A stretch of 64,000 nucleotides of DNA from a virus: IMG/VR virus record IMGVR_UViG_3300021963_000069, positions 1-64,000 of that record; one strand, written 5' to 3'. Every line of letters starts with the position of its first letter. Positions within the stretch are counted from its first letter, which is position 1. This document shows positions 37,901 through 49,800 of the stretch, in pieces. Position numbers and translations under genes: made by a program. The notes below the pieces were generated by a model. That model had not been told where the DNA came from and searched no databases. It saw nothing but the letters and a program-made list of their open reading frames with translations.

Positions 37901-40900
37901 GAAGCAGTATCAATATTCAAAATTTTCGATGATTGACTATACTCAGATGATATCGATTCAGTTCTAATATATGGGTTAATTGTATATGTTGTAGATGGAG
38001 AATTATAAGGACCATACTTATGATCTGACTTGGCAACTCTGAATGAAATTAAATTATTACCATCAGAAGATCCAACAACGGTTTCTCCGACTACAAATGC
38101 TTTAGTAACATCTCTGATCTCAATTAGTTTTGGAATGAAGTCTACGCCACTATTTCCATCAAGGAATTGATAAAATTGAGTAGATGGCTTAAGATTAGAT
38201 CCAGAAAACTGAGTATTTCTGGATCTCATAAATGATTCATCGGAAGAAGATATCAATACATTTCTTATTGTTGTATCAGTATTGCTTACTGTGTCGAAAC
38301 TTTCTGTTGTTGTAGTATTGGAACTGGTATTAGTAACAGTATTTGATGTTGAAGTATTATCTGTACCCGCTACTTCGGTCCAATTTCCTTGTCCGAAAAT
38401 ATCTGGAAGATTAACTGTGCTACTTGTTTGAGTATTAATTTGTGGCAAATTAACCGAGACATTACTTGTTAAATTATTGGTAAGTGTTCTACTAGAATTT
38501 AATGTTACACTGATATTCTTATCGGGAAGTTGAATTGTTCTCACCCAGTTATCAATTTCTGGGCTCAATTTAACATCGCCATTATAAACAATTACATTAA
38601 AAGGGTTTACATTTTCTACTGTTGTGGCAAATGCTTGTTCTATCCACCCAATAGATTCATATTTTAAAGTTACTGCTTTTCCTGTTTTTACTACATTTGG
38701 ATCGGATAGTGGGAAATTCTCCGAAAGGTCCAAATCTTCATCAATAATAGAAGTTGCCGGTGTAATTTGAGATTTAAGTGAATTTCTACTAACTATAGGT
38801 GTAAGTTCATTAGCAGCAGTATTAACTCTAATGGATGACAATCCTCTATTAATAAATGTATAATTTTTAAAGTCATCTACAAAAAAACCACTCTTAAATC
38901 TATTGTTGCCATCGGCATCTTGAATTTGTAATGTCTGTGTATTCACTTCAAGTAGAGATAGTGAGGTTACTCTTTCTAAATTTTCTACCCTATCCTCAAT
39001 TAGACCAATATCCCTCATCGTATATCTTCTATTATCCATTAATGTCACAGTTGCATTTGCTGGATTATAAAGATATGGTGGCAATTTAATAGTCGCAATT
39101 TCCATTACGGCATCACTTTTATCTGGTGCCTTTGGATTCTTTGATGATATTCCTTTTTCAAGAATAAAGTTTCCAGTTTTATCTAGATATAATTTATCGA
39201 TTCTTGGTAAATAATATTCATACCCAAGTAATGAACTTTCATTTGGTGCTAAAATGGGTGCAGAACTTAAAGTTCTTGATGAGAAATCAAATGGAGAAGA
39301 AGTAGTGGATGTAAATACTGGAACTCTTGGTCTAAAATCCAAAGTATCAGATGATTTTACAGATCTTGGTCCAATAAAAGGAATATCGTGTGTATACCTT
39401 TCTTTATCGTAACTCAATACTGTAAATACATCTCCACTATCATTAGACGGTACTGAATAATAGTCAAATACAATTAAAAGTTGTTTAGATGGTTCGGTTG
39501 TATTCTTATTTCTAACAATTCTAGAATAATCATAGTATTGATCTTTTTGTCCCTTGTCAAGAGTATATGAATTTGTAATATCCTTATATTTTCCAGGAGT
39601 GATAGATTCAATCTCCGTAGTTATATTGGAATCTTCGAATACTACAGATTCAGAAATTGAAAATCTTTCAGAATTTAAATATATGATTCCGAGTACGTTA
39701 GAAAATGGTTTAGAAACAACCCTAGCGATTGCCTTACTACCTTTTCCAAAAATATTTTCACCAATAATTGCATTTGTGCTCACATCAGAACTGGCACCGA
39801 ATTGTATTTGGTCTACAACTGGCGCCGAGGAATCAAATGACTCATATACTGATATTATTTTTACTGCATCTGGGTAGTTTAAAGATATTTCTTCATCCTG
39901 AACTCTTAGTCCATAATATTGATTATATGTGAGACCATCTCCGATTGAAGAGCTGATTCCTGTTCCAGATTCGGGATACTTGGATCTTACTACAGTTAAT
40001 AGTTGACTTCTATTATATGTTTTTATTTTACTCTGAATTACGTTCTTAACTAATGTAGTATTTACAACGATATTTGATTGTGAAGGAATTAATCCACTAA
40101 TTGTTACAGTATTTCCACTTATTGAAAATTGATCCGAGGTTACCGTACCAATTCCACCACCACTATAATGTACTGAATATCTCTCTTGATCAAATGATGC
40201 AAAGAATGCACTAGTAATGCCACTAACTGCTGACATATCAAATGACAACACTCCGCTGCCATTTGTAGATTCTCCTGCTATCTGTTCAGAAAGTGTTAAT
40301 AGTGATCCCGAAAGATTTACCGAAGAAATATTAAAATCTGGTAGTTGTGCATATAAAAATCCCGAGTTCTGATTTCTTATAATTGGAGCACCAATAAAGA
40401 TATTACTATAAGTTCCATTTGTTACTGTACCTGAATATACTCCAGAAACACCTGGTGTTGCTGCGATAGTTAATGATGTACCATCAGCAGAAACTGCTGA
40501 TACCCGATTGAATGATTCATCTCCAGTTGTAGTTTGATATCTAACAATTGATCCAATTTTTACACCGGTAAAGAATTTTCCAGGACTTACTAATGTATTT
40601 CCTCCGCTAATAGTTACCTGAGTGATTCCATTTGGAAATCTAAATCTCTCAAGTAAACAATCAGCAGTAAAATCTACCGGAAGTCCAGATACTGCAGTTG
40701 TTTGTTTTACGGATTTGATATCTTCAGTAGAATATGTTGTTACTGTTCTGATACTTCTTGAAAAATCCAGACCATTAACAATTAATTGCTCTCCAACTGA
40801 GAAAGTTCCAGAAGTTTGTCTTAAATTAATAGTTGCAGAACTACCCCCTGCAGCAACAGCAAAACCACTGGCACCACTACTCTTTCCTTTTACAAATGAT

Positions 40901-42321
40901 GTTGCTGGTAATTCTGAATTAGATACTGAGGAATTTAAAACAAGAGTTGTATAAGTTTGAATATCGTAAAGATATAAATCCCAGTTAGTAGCATCATTTG
41001 TATATGGAGCGTCAGTCAAACTAAAACTATATACTCGTGCGTTACCAATTATATTTCCTGTGGAATTTAGTTGATCATATAAATCTATAGTTAGTTTATT
41101 TTTTGGCGTTCCTGATACATTATTAACTCTTATATTATTCCCCATTTCAAAAGGAATACTTGCAGTTTTAATCAGTTCTGTATCTCTTGGCTTCTCTACA
41201 TCGATGATTGTTGTTGATATTTTAGCGACATCATATCCCCTTACATAGGCTTTTCCTGGGGATATTTTCAAACACATCAAATTTTCTGATGGTGTATTAT
41301 TTTGTTCCGTAGTTTCGGTATCAAAAAATAATCCGTTATTTCCTAGTCTATCATTTAGAGAATTATTTACCGTTACATTAAATGGTTCAACAGTATAATC
41401 TCCAGACTCGTCATAGGTTCTTTCTGCAATATAATCTTTAATTATATTATATTGAGTTTTTGTCTCAATTTTTTTAATTTTTCCATCTTCAACTCTCAAT
41501 AATTCAACAAAATCGGTATCATTAGTGTCTGATATTAATTTTTTAGTTAAAGATAAATTAATCTTAAATCTATCTGCTCCTGGTGCAGCATAGTTTGTAA
41601 AACCTTTAGATGGGTCATATAATGAACTATCATCCTTTGCACTAAGAATTAATTCATCAATTTTTAGACCAATTCGGTATGAAGGTGTGCTTGTGTAATG
41701 GTCAAGAATTATAGTTTGTTTAGATACATTTGCAAAATATCCTCTAATAAAGTAAACTCCATCACCAATAGATGCCGAAGATCCCACAGATGTTGCATCC
41801 AATGAAATTAACGATGAAAATGGAGTTCCTGCATTAATTGTGGTGTTTCCATAAGTTATATTTTCTTCTGCAATTAATGATTCGCCATCTTGAAAGGGAT
41901 TAAATTGAAAATTACTATCAGAATCTAAATATTTTACATATATTGTTAGGTCTTCTACATTATTTGCATCTGGTAAAGAAATAAATTGAATTGTTGCGGT
42001 AGTTCCTGATGTCTGACCAATTACCTTTTTACCAATAAAATTATTAATATAAAGAGAAATATCAACTCCAAAATTAGTTGGATTAAGTTTTACTGAATTA
42101 AAATTTCCATCATAGGCAATATTGCCCGGAATCACCATAGAACCTTCTTTAAATACATGGCTTCCAAAAGATTTTACCTGATCTTGTAAAATTGATTGAA
42201 GAGTCGTTAGTTCTCTTGCCTGTACCGGATATCCAGGTTTAAACAAAACTTTATAAAAATTCTTCGAAGAATCAAAATCATCATAATAAGGACTGATATT
42301 TAAATCTGTTTTTTGTGCCAT
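34951..42321 (-). CDS. Large virion structural protein (VrlC/DUF4815-like baseplate-associated protein)
   Basis: N.SPYYDDFD, VQARELTTLQSILQ, RTYDESGDY, RRYTMRDIG, DPLAQSF and GSLFKSQN. Confidence 0.85.
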   Translation of the reverse strand: MAQKTDLNISPYYDDFDSSKNFYKVLFKPGYPVQARELTTLQSILQDQVKSFGSHVFKEGSMVIPGNIAYDGNFNSVKLNPTNFGVDISLYINNFIGKKVIGQTSGTTATIQFISLPDANNVEDLTIYVKYLDSDSNFQFNPFQDGESLIAEENITYGNTTINAGTPFSSLISLDATSVGSSASIGDGVYFIRGYFANVSKQTIILDHYTSTPSYRIGLKIDELILSAKDDSSLYDPSKGFTNYAAPGADRFKINLSLTKKLISDTNDTDFVELLRVEDGKIKKIETKTQYNIIKDYIAERTYDESGDYTVEPFNVTVNNSLNDRLGNNGLFFDTETTEQNNTPSENLMCLKISPGKAYVRGYDVAKISTTIIDVEKPRDTELIKTASIPFEMGNNIRVNNVSGTPKNKLTIDLYDQLNSTGNIIGNARVYSFSLTDAPYTNDATNWDLYLYDIQTYTTLVLNSSVSNSELPATSFVKGKSSGASGFAVAAGGSSATINLRQTSGTFSVGEQLIVNGLDFSRSIRTVTTYSTEDIKSVKQTTAVSGLPVDFTADCLLERFRFPNGITQVTISGGNTLVSPGKFFTGVKIGSIVRYQTTTGDESFNRVSAVSADGTSLTIAATPGVSGVYSGTVTNGTYSNIFIGAPIIRNQNSGFLYAQLPDFNISSVNLSGSLLTLSEQIAGESTNGSGVLSFDMSAVSGITSAFFASFDQERYSVHYSGGGIGTVTSDQFSISGNTVTISGLIPSQSNIVVNTTLVKNVIQSKIKTYNRSQLLTVVRSKYPESGTGISSSIGDGLTYNQYYGLRVQDEEISLNYPDAVKIISVYESFDSSAPVVDQIQFGASSDVSTNAIIGENIFGKGSKAIARVVSKPFSNVLGIIYLNSERFSISESVVFEDSNITTEIESITPGKYKDITNSYTLDKGQKDQYYDYSRIVRNKNTTEPSKQLLIVFDYYSVPSNDSGDVFTVLSYDKERYTHDIPFIGPRSVKSSDTLDFRPRVPVFTSTTSSPFDFSSRTLSSAPILAPNESSLLGYEYYLPRIDKLYLDKTGNFILEKGISSKNPKAPDKSDAVMEIATIKLPPYLYNPANATVTLMDNRRYTMRDIGLIEDRVENLERVTSLSLLEVNTQTLQIQDADGNNRFKSGFFVDDFKNYTFINRGLSSIRVNTAANELTPIVSRNSLKSQITPATSIIDEDLDLSENFPLSDPNVVKTGKAVTLKYESIGWIEQAFATTVENVNPFNVIVYNGDVKLSPEIDNWVRTIQLPDKNISVTLNSSRTLTNNLTSNVSVNLPQINTQTSSTVNLPDIFGQGNWTEVAGTDNTSTSNTVTNTSSNTTTTESFDTVSNTDTTIRNVLISSSDESFMRSRNTQFSGSNLKPSTQFYQFLDGNSGVDFIPKLIEIRDVTKAFVVGETVVGSSDGNNLISFRVAKSDHKYGPYNSPSTTYTINPYIRTESISSEYSQSSKILNIDTASLSEEAQGKYSGYLLKGMQLVGQSSGAVAYVSDLRLISDNFGDLIGAFYLRDPNTIPPPTVRIATGTKTFKLTSSSTNNPGLPGSTDNSSTETNYNSDGTLEQWENTVTATTSNLTTKTVTNLTTNTTTSQTTINTHTRTTVQRFVDPLAQSFVVGGNVEAPSPTSSNDDVNGAFLTAVDLFFAKKDPGNAPVKVEIRTVELGTPTRTVIGFPVTLRPNQVNTSTDASVATKVTFEEPIYLPPGREYAVVIISENSDQYEMWTAVMGEKTVNTKSLPDVDAVTYSKQFSMGSLFKSQNGSIWTANQYQDLKFKLYKAKFTSTTGTVFFNNPTLDESNGYVQRLSENPLTTLPKRTTLGITTTADTALIADLSVGRKIVDKSKTYVYGYVVGTGSSVSSVGLTTGGSNYVTDSYVETYNIIGNGSGLVLDVTATNGTITGTPVIVNRGNGYKKGDVVGIVTSTVGTGTSVRGRDARITITGDGNSINTLYLEGVQGVFATGTTTDYELSYYNNSNTIVPVTGINVLTRSDSTNEYSGNYVRVEHFDHQMYGNTNKLRISDVISSNAPVPITSSLPSTSTSISIGNTSNFGTFEGITVTPTYPGYVKIGNEIISYGSVGSGSLGTIVRGIDSTISITHEKDALLYKYELNGVSLRRINTTHDIDDLNIGIDGYYLKVNRAANGTDRGTSNTDGPIAGAPQLSFASESKLGGSKVLATENILYSSIVPTYDLNTPGSSTSTSAVIRSVTGTSISGNETSFLDNGYEPIQLNSLNTLRSVRLVCSKENEMEYLDALPRNKSFTTGITFNTTDSNLSPILFLDTAFTEFISSRLDSPISDYTLDGRVNSILDDPHSASYVSRAVNLVQPATSLKVILSAYRHESADFRVLYSLFRPDSSEIDQSFELFPGYDNLSYTTSAGYSVVNPSKNSGRSDTFVSSSLENQFKEYEFTADNLGLFNGYVIKIVMSGTNQAYPPRIKELRTIAVR

Positions 42322-42327
42322 TTTTAT

Positions 42328-43869
42328 TTAAAATTCCAAGATAATTTTAATGTCTTCTTTTTGTCGGATATCCCGTGTTACCAGAGGTCGATTGTCGATA
42401 TAGATTACATCTCCCGTCTTTTTATTTATCTCTGGATTTGCAAGACCTGATGTAAAAGTTACCCCCAAATCTATAACTTTACTTCCAATTGTAACTTTAT
42501 TTGTTGGAGTGGGAGATCCAAAAGTAGTATCAACTGAGCCAGAATATGGAGAAATGGGTCCCCCATTAGATTCAAAATTATAAACCCTAGAATGATCATT
42601 TCGGTCAGTTTGATCTAAACTATTTCCAAAATATAAAGATCTATCTTGAAAATATTTTAAGACCTTAGTTTCACTATCATATGAGGCTACATAACCTCTT
42701 GCAGTTCCATTTGTTACAGTTTGAGTTATTTCATTTCCAATAATTGGAGTTCCAGTAAATCCCGAAGTTAATTTGATTGCTCCAAGAGATGAATACTGAT
42801 TTTCTGTAAAGACAACAGTATCTGATGAAAAAGTAGTTGGATTTTTAATAATTCCAACTTGTGCAAATTTGGTATCAGTTGGAAAATCTTTTGTTGAATC
42901 ATCAAATCTGGCATATACCAATACCTTATCCGTTCCCAATTCACTGTAAATGTCATAACCATGCCCTTTTGATGGTGGAATGATTGGTATTAGTTTTGCA
43001 GCATTTGATATAGTTCCCGGTTGAAGAGTTGACAAATCAACAATCCCCCAAGTATATCCATAACCACCTGCAACCACCTGAGTAGATACAATAGACCCGC
43101 TACTATTGACTGTGATGGATACTCTACCTCCAGATCCATCACCAATAATATCAACAATACCTGATGTATACCCACTTCCTCCATTTGCAATATATACTTT
43201 TTTAATTTGATTTGGATTTACACTCCCAGAATTTCCATTTTCTCTCACACTTACAATTTGAGAATCTGTTGATGTTGCCCAGTTATTTGGAACAACAACA
43301 TATTCTGTTGAATCAAACTTTATAATATCACTTGGCGAAACTGAAAATAGATATTTCCAAACATATCCATCTCCACTTGTTCCTGCTGCCGAGGGTTCTA
43401 AATCTGTAAATGTAGGTTCATCCTGAGATTTAGTTCCCTTTGGCGTTATTGCCGAAGAACCATTATCTATGCAAATATAAACTCTAAAATCACGGTTAAT
43501 TACATAATAATTGGAATCATATAATCTGCTTGAGTTGGAATTTGGTGTCGGATTTTGAATACTATAATCGTGCCTATACATCTCATAAGATGTATTGGAA
43601 GTCCAAGTAACCTTTCTTATAAGTCTTCTAATATTAGCAGATGTAATTTTTTTACCAAATAACGAGGTATCTCTGTAATGACTTAAGTATTCTAAATTAT
43701 CGGTAGGATTTGGAATATCTTCGTTCCAATTAGTAGTTCTTCCAAATCCAACACTTGTAGGATTATCTAAACCCAAAAAAACATAATACGAATCATTTCC
43801 ACTTGTTACGGAATCGATAAAATTACTAGCATTTAATATTCTAAATTGATCCGTTACTATTGCTGCCAT
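42328..43869 (-). CDS. g8: Baseplate wedge subunit
   Basis: Y.VYIC..N, DGY.WKYLF, IGIIKNP and GD.IYIDNR...R...QKEDIKIILEF. Confidence 0.92.
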   Translation of the reverse strand: MAAIVTDQFRILNASNFIDSVTSGNDSYYVFLGLDNPTSVGFGRTTNWNEDIPNPTDNLEYLSHYRDTSLFGKKITSANIRRLIRKVTWTSNTSYEMYRHDYSIQNPTPNSNSSRLYDSNYYVINRDFRVYICIDNGSSAITPKGTKSQDEPTFTDLEPSAAGTSGDGYVWKYLFSVSPSDIIKFDSTEYVVVPNNWATSTDSQIVSVRENGNSGSVNPNQIKKVYIANGGSGYTSGIVDIIGDGSGGRVSITVNSSGSIVSTQVVAGGYGYTWGIVDLSTLQPGTISNAAKLIPIIPPSKGHGYDIYSELGTDKVLVYARFDDSTKDFPTDTKFAQVGIIKNPTTFSSDTVVFTENQYSSLGAIKLTSGFTGTPIIGNEITQTVTNGTARGYVASYDSETKVLKYFQDRSLYFGNSLDQTDRNDHSRVYNFESNGGPISPYSGSVDTTFGSPTPTNKVTIGSKVIDLGVTFTSGLANPEINKKTGDVIYIDNRPLVTRDIRQKEDIKIILEF

Positions 43870-43888
43870 ATTGATGTTTTTTAGATAT

Positions 43889-46800
43889 TTATAAGAGTTT
43901 TGGAAGTGCTCCAGTTTGTCTAATACCTATTCCCCTTCTTTGAATCGTTGGAAAGGTTGATAGTCCAACATCTACAGTATTTCCTGATACTCCTATTGAT
44001 ATTGGAGAACTTGAACGAGTGAACCCGGATAGTTTTCCCCAAGAATATTTACCGATAGGATTTAATGTACTCCCAGAACTTGAAAGACCAACTACTGATG
44101 TATTTGATCTTATGTTACAAGTAATAATTCCAACTGTTCCATTTGAAGAAAATTGATGAATATAATAAACATTATCAACAAAGGTTGTTCCAATTCCAAT
44201 CACCGCAGAATTAGAAGTATCAATAGAAGTTATTCCCCCTCCAACTCTTGTATCAAAGATATAAATCGGATATCCAGTTTGCAATCCAGTATAAGCAGGT
44301 GAATTTAAATAAAATCTAAGTGCTAATGGGTTTCCGCTACTACCAGTAGTAGTTGTAATTCCAGTAATAATTCCAGAGAATCCATCAATTGAAATAATAT
44401 TAGAAATTAATTCGACTGCACCATTCGTGATAGTTGAAATCCCATTAACAATCAGAGAACTAAAAGGTTTTGGATTAATAATATTATCATATTCAAAAAA
44501 TTCTGCATTATCTACAAATATTGTAGTATCTGTGGTTGAGAAATCTTTGATAATTTTTGCTGTCGGATAAATCAAAGACTCAATAGAATCTCTGGTTTTA
44601 TAGACATTTTCTCCATTAATTTTTCTATCAACTTTTTGTTTAATCCAACTTAAGGGTTTATTATTTTCAGAATCTACTCCTTGGTCTGAATATAAATTAG
44701 TTTCAAACTTATCAGAGAAGGATAAATCAAATATTGTTCTCTTATTTTGTGTTAATGTTCCTGAAATTGAATTATTCTTAAGAACTTGTACGGTGTCACC
44801 TCTTTTTAGAGTTTCGTTGATTGAAGTATTTAAAACAGTGTCATCACCACCAGTTCCCTTATAGAAGAAAATTGCAACATTATCCTCTTTCCTTGGAGCG
44901 GTTGTAAATACAAAACTAGTTCCCCCCTCAAATTGATAGGCAACTCCTGGGTCCTGAATCACTCCGTTTATAACAATTAGTAATGCATTTGAAAGATTTA
45001 CTTGAGAATCTTCCAGTGCTTCAAAACTCAATAAATCATTATTATAAAATAGAGGAAATCTTGTTCTAATTCCATCTTGATAATTTTTAATTGAATCTAT
45101 ATAATCAAATTCCCCAAATTGCCAAGCAGCAAAAGAATCTGAAAATGTATCAACAACCGTTAATCTAAACTCCGATAATGGAGATGTCAGTCCTTTAGCA
45201 GTCACCAATCCAACTGGTTTGAATACGTCTCCTCTTCTGAATGAGTAACCCTGTCTAGAAATACTAAATCTAGAAACTTCAAAATATGTTGATCCTATTC
45301 CGGTTGTAGAACTTGCCCCAACTTCAACATTAAGTAAAAGACCTATTCCTGTATCTGTTGTTGCGCCAATTCCCAATCTTGATATTCCAATTACATCAAG
45401 ATTTTCATATGAAGGTTCGGATACAAATATTTTAGGATTTGTATATCCCGTTCCACCAGCACCAACATTGAAGGAAAGTGTTCCTCCCGCTCCAACCGAT
45501 GCAGTTATGATTGCGGTATCTCCAATATGACCACTTTGATATACTGATACTCCTATTGATACAATTCCATTATATCCAGACCCAAGATTATCAGTAGTTC
45601 CTAGTCCAACTGATACTATACTACCTCCGGCACCAACTACAGCAGTCACTGCTGCCCCAACAAGGGGTGCATACCCAAGACCAGTAGAAGATCCTAGAGA
45701 AATAATTATTCCCCCTCTTGGAGTTTGATTTTGATTGATATCATACTCTGAAGTAATAATTTGCAAATCTTCCGGATCCCTAATACCAGAAAATACTACG
45801 CTAGATATTCCAGAGACGGTATTTTCAATAATACTAAAATTATTTTCTGGATTGTTTATTGTTGTCGGAGTCTGAAAAACGCCATTTATGAATAAGATTC
45901 CATTTCCCCCGCTAGTTCCCAATCCTACAGTATTTGCTCCCCCAACAGTTAATGTAAATGTCCTACCAATACCTGTAAATTTATTTGAAATATCATCATA
46001 TAATTGGTTTGATGTATAATTGTTTCTTAAGAAAACTCTTCCGGTAAAGTCAGATGTTTCAAAAGTTAGATTGCTAGAATCTCTGATTATTTGTGGATTT
46101 CCTCTAGGAGATTCTGCAAAGAAAATACTACTATCAACGATATTGTAAGATCCCCTATAAATTCTCACTGAAGATGAATCGGAGTGAGTCGATGCCGATG
46201 ACCCAACAAATGCTCTCTTCACTTCGACTAAACTAATACCTCCACTATTTGTAATTGGTCCAATATTAGTTGTACCTAATCCAACATTAATTATACCCAT
46301 ATATTCATTATCAATTTTTAGAATATCTTTCGGTGCTATTGTAGATATTCCACTCAAAGCAAATATTGAAGATCCTGCACCTATTTGCCCCCCATTTCCT
46401 GACAAATTATAAGATATTGGAGTAAATATTAATGGATATTGGACTATATTATCGATAGTTATGAGTGACTTCTCAAGTTTTTTATTCATTTCCAATTGAT
46501 GTGCATTCCCACTACCATATGAAGTAAATGTAACTCCAATTCCAGAAATAGCATTAGACTTGGTTGTTGCCAGTTTAAATGTATTATCTGATAGTTTGAT
46601 GACATATACCTCAGAAGGTAATAGTGTTGGGCCAGCACCAATTCTCATTGCACTAGCACCAACTCCAATAAATGTAGATTTTGGTGTGTATGTAAGTTTT
46701 TCTAAATCACTAAAGAAATGATTCTGTATCGTAAACACTCCAGTTGATGGATTTAGAGTTGTTGAACTTGTAGGATTGAATGTTTTCGCAAAAATTGGGA

Positions 46801-49800
46801 TATTATTTGATTTTAAGTCAAAATTAGTCCTATTAATTCTTCCACCATTAATTGCATTATATTGTTTAATATCAATAAATTCTGTTATATCTCCATAGTT
46901 TAAACTTGGGGGAGTATTTTGCGTATCCAGAATTGTATATAAGCACTGATTAAATGATAAAATATTAACATTTGAGGTTACCGATGGGTCTGGATAAAAC
47001 TTCAGTATAAAATTACTTCCGGAGTATTCTCCACCAAAAGTTCCAATACCATTGGTACTTCCAACAGAAAGAAAAGGTAGTTGTTGAACATAGATATTGG
47101 ATTCGTCCTGCACCATCATAATTTGGTGAAGAGCACTTGTTGACCCAACACTTACTTCTACTAAAGATTTGACAGCATTAAAATTAGATTTATTTAGAGA
47201 TACTATAGTTGATGCAGAAGAAACTGTGGACGAGTAGTTTGATTGATATATTGCACTTCTTTCGTTTCCGGGAAGTTCTCCCGAAGATATGAATCTATAT
47301 GTACCTATACCAATAGATGTCGTACCAAATCCAACAATTTTAGATCTAATGTCCACAATATTTGGCGAGTTGCTTATATAATCTAAAGATAAAATACCAG
47401 AAGGAGAAATACTTGCCGTAAATATTCCTATATGATTTCCAGAATAAAAATTACTTGAAAATTCAGAATCAAAGTAATATTCTGAAATATAGGTATCACT
47501 ACTTATCCCATTATGATTTAAGTACACCTCGGCAAAGTTCATCTGTTTTGTTACTGAATCAATAATTTGAACATTAGAATATAATGAAGAAAATTTATTT
47601 TTCTGTACGGATATAATTGAAGTTTGTATTCCGGAGGTTGCAGTTCTATTGCAACTATTTAAGTTAACAAATCCTACAGAAGTTGTTCCTATTCCAGGTA
47701 AATCGGAATTAAAATTAGTATTAATTAATTTAATATCATAATCAGTATTAAAAGGATCTTTCGGAACAAATCTCAAATAATTATCATCATTATCATCCGA
47801 AATTAATAAAAATTCTCCTATAGTAGTTTCTTCAAGAAAATGTATAATTTCTGTCCCGGTGTTTACTATTGTTGATTTCTCAGATAAAAATAAATCATTT
47901 CCATTATCAAGTATAATTATTTCTGATAATTGAATTTGAGAATTATCAGCGGTAGAAATTCTAACTAATAAATTAAGATAAGATTCTCCGGGGTTTAATT
48001 CTGCTAAATTAATAAATTCACTCGGATTCCCATCCGCATCAGAAAATTGACGATTTATATTATCTATTTTTAAAACCACATTGGTCTTACACTCAATGTA
48101 ATCAGTTAATTTTTTATTTTTTAGTTTTAAGAACTTTGAAGATGTTCCAACTACATCAATATCCTTTACTAAATCAAAATCATAAATTGTATCTACTCTA
48201 TTTTCCTCAATTATGTCATAAAATATAGTAGTAGCATTCTCTGAAGTTGTAATTCCAGAGTTGGTAGTTGATGTAATTCCAGTATCTGAAAAATTCTTTA
48301 GTCCACTTGAATGAACTAAACTATTAACTGGTGTTCTTAATTCCTGATATGTAATTGGACTTTTTATTGTATAAGAAAGATTTTGATAATAATCATTATC
48401 AGGAATAACTTGATTATCTTGATCTAATTTTCCAACATCATTAGACCATCCAATACTTTTTTCAACTGAATAATCAACATTAAATCTTCCAAAACCAGAT
48501 TTAATTTTATCTACAGTAGCTATATTTCCAGATTCTTTTCCTATAATAACTTCTCCAGTAGACAACTCATATCTTCCTAAGACTTTAATGAATGAATTTT
48601 GATATGAAGAAATTTTTAAATCTCTCTCAATTCCATTTGAAATAAGTTTTTCCCCAATATTAAACGAGGATGGAGTTTTAGTAATATTAAATGATGGGTA
48701 ATCTATACTTTTTATAATATTTCCAATAGAATCCTGAACTGTCTTTGCTATACCAGTATTTGGAGTTAATTTTGAAATATCAATTGTTACTGCAACAAGA
48801 ACTCCTGTATTATTGTAATTACTAATTTTAAAAAATTTATATCCATAGTTTTCTGAATTAAATCCAGAACCATTGATACTAGATTTTTGAATTCCTTCTA
48901 TGAATACTTCATCTCCAATATTAAATGCGGGTGTAGAAAACCCAAGTGTTGGAGTTGTTATAAAACATGTAAAAATTCCAGTTGAACTAGATTCAACTTT
49001 TTGAATACTAATTCCATTAGTGTTGTTAGTAGCATATAATCCCACTGCTGTTTCGGGAATACCCTTTGGTTTTTGTATAATATTAACTGAATTTATCGTG
49101 TTTCCTGATAGAGTTGCCTCTAGTATTCCGCTATTAATTTCTTCTCCGGTCTCGATATTTACGATTACTATAGATGGTACATCCGTGTACCCTCTTCCTC
49201 CATTTGTAACTATTACTGAATCAATTGTATTTGAATTTTTAATAATAATTAGTGGAGATATTGCTGCGATTGGCTGTAAAGTTTTATCCGAGGAATATTG
49301 AAACCCCTCATCAATAATTCTTACTTCCTTTGCATTTCCTATGGATGTCGATTTTGGGATAATGTAGGCATCTTTTCCTGCCAAGGAATTAGATCCTTTA
49401 ATTGATGGAAGTTTTTTATATCCAGATCCACTAGAAATAATATTAATTTTATCAATTGGACCTTTTGCTGATAGTGAGTTTGTGAGATATTGTAATCTAT
49501 CACACTCATTTGAAGTATATGTTAGTTTTTCTGGTTTTTTGGATAAAGAAATATTAAATGTTGTAGTTCCCACTCCAGAAATTTTATAGTTAGAATTGTA
49601 TATACTATCTACAAACAATATTTCAGAATAATTATTTACTTCTTTATCTGAAGTACTGATATATCCAGATTTTTCCAGATTATAATATAATTGAGTTGGA
49701 ATATTGTCGTCATAATTAATAGTAATTGATGCGTTATTCGAAACTCCAATAGTTCCTATTCCCGATAATGGAGTTGATATAAACTCATTTTTATAATCTT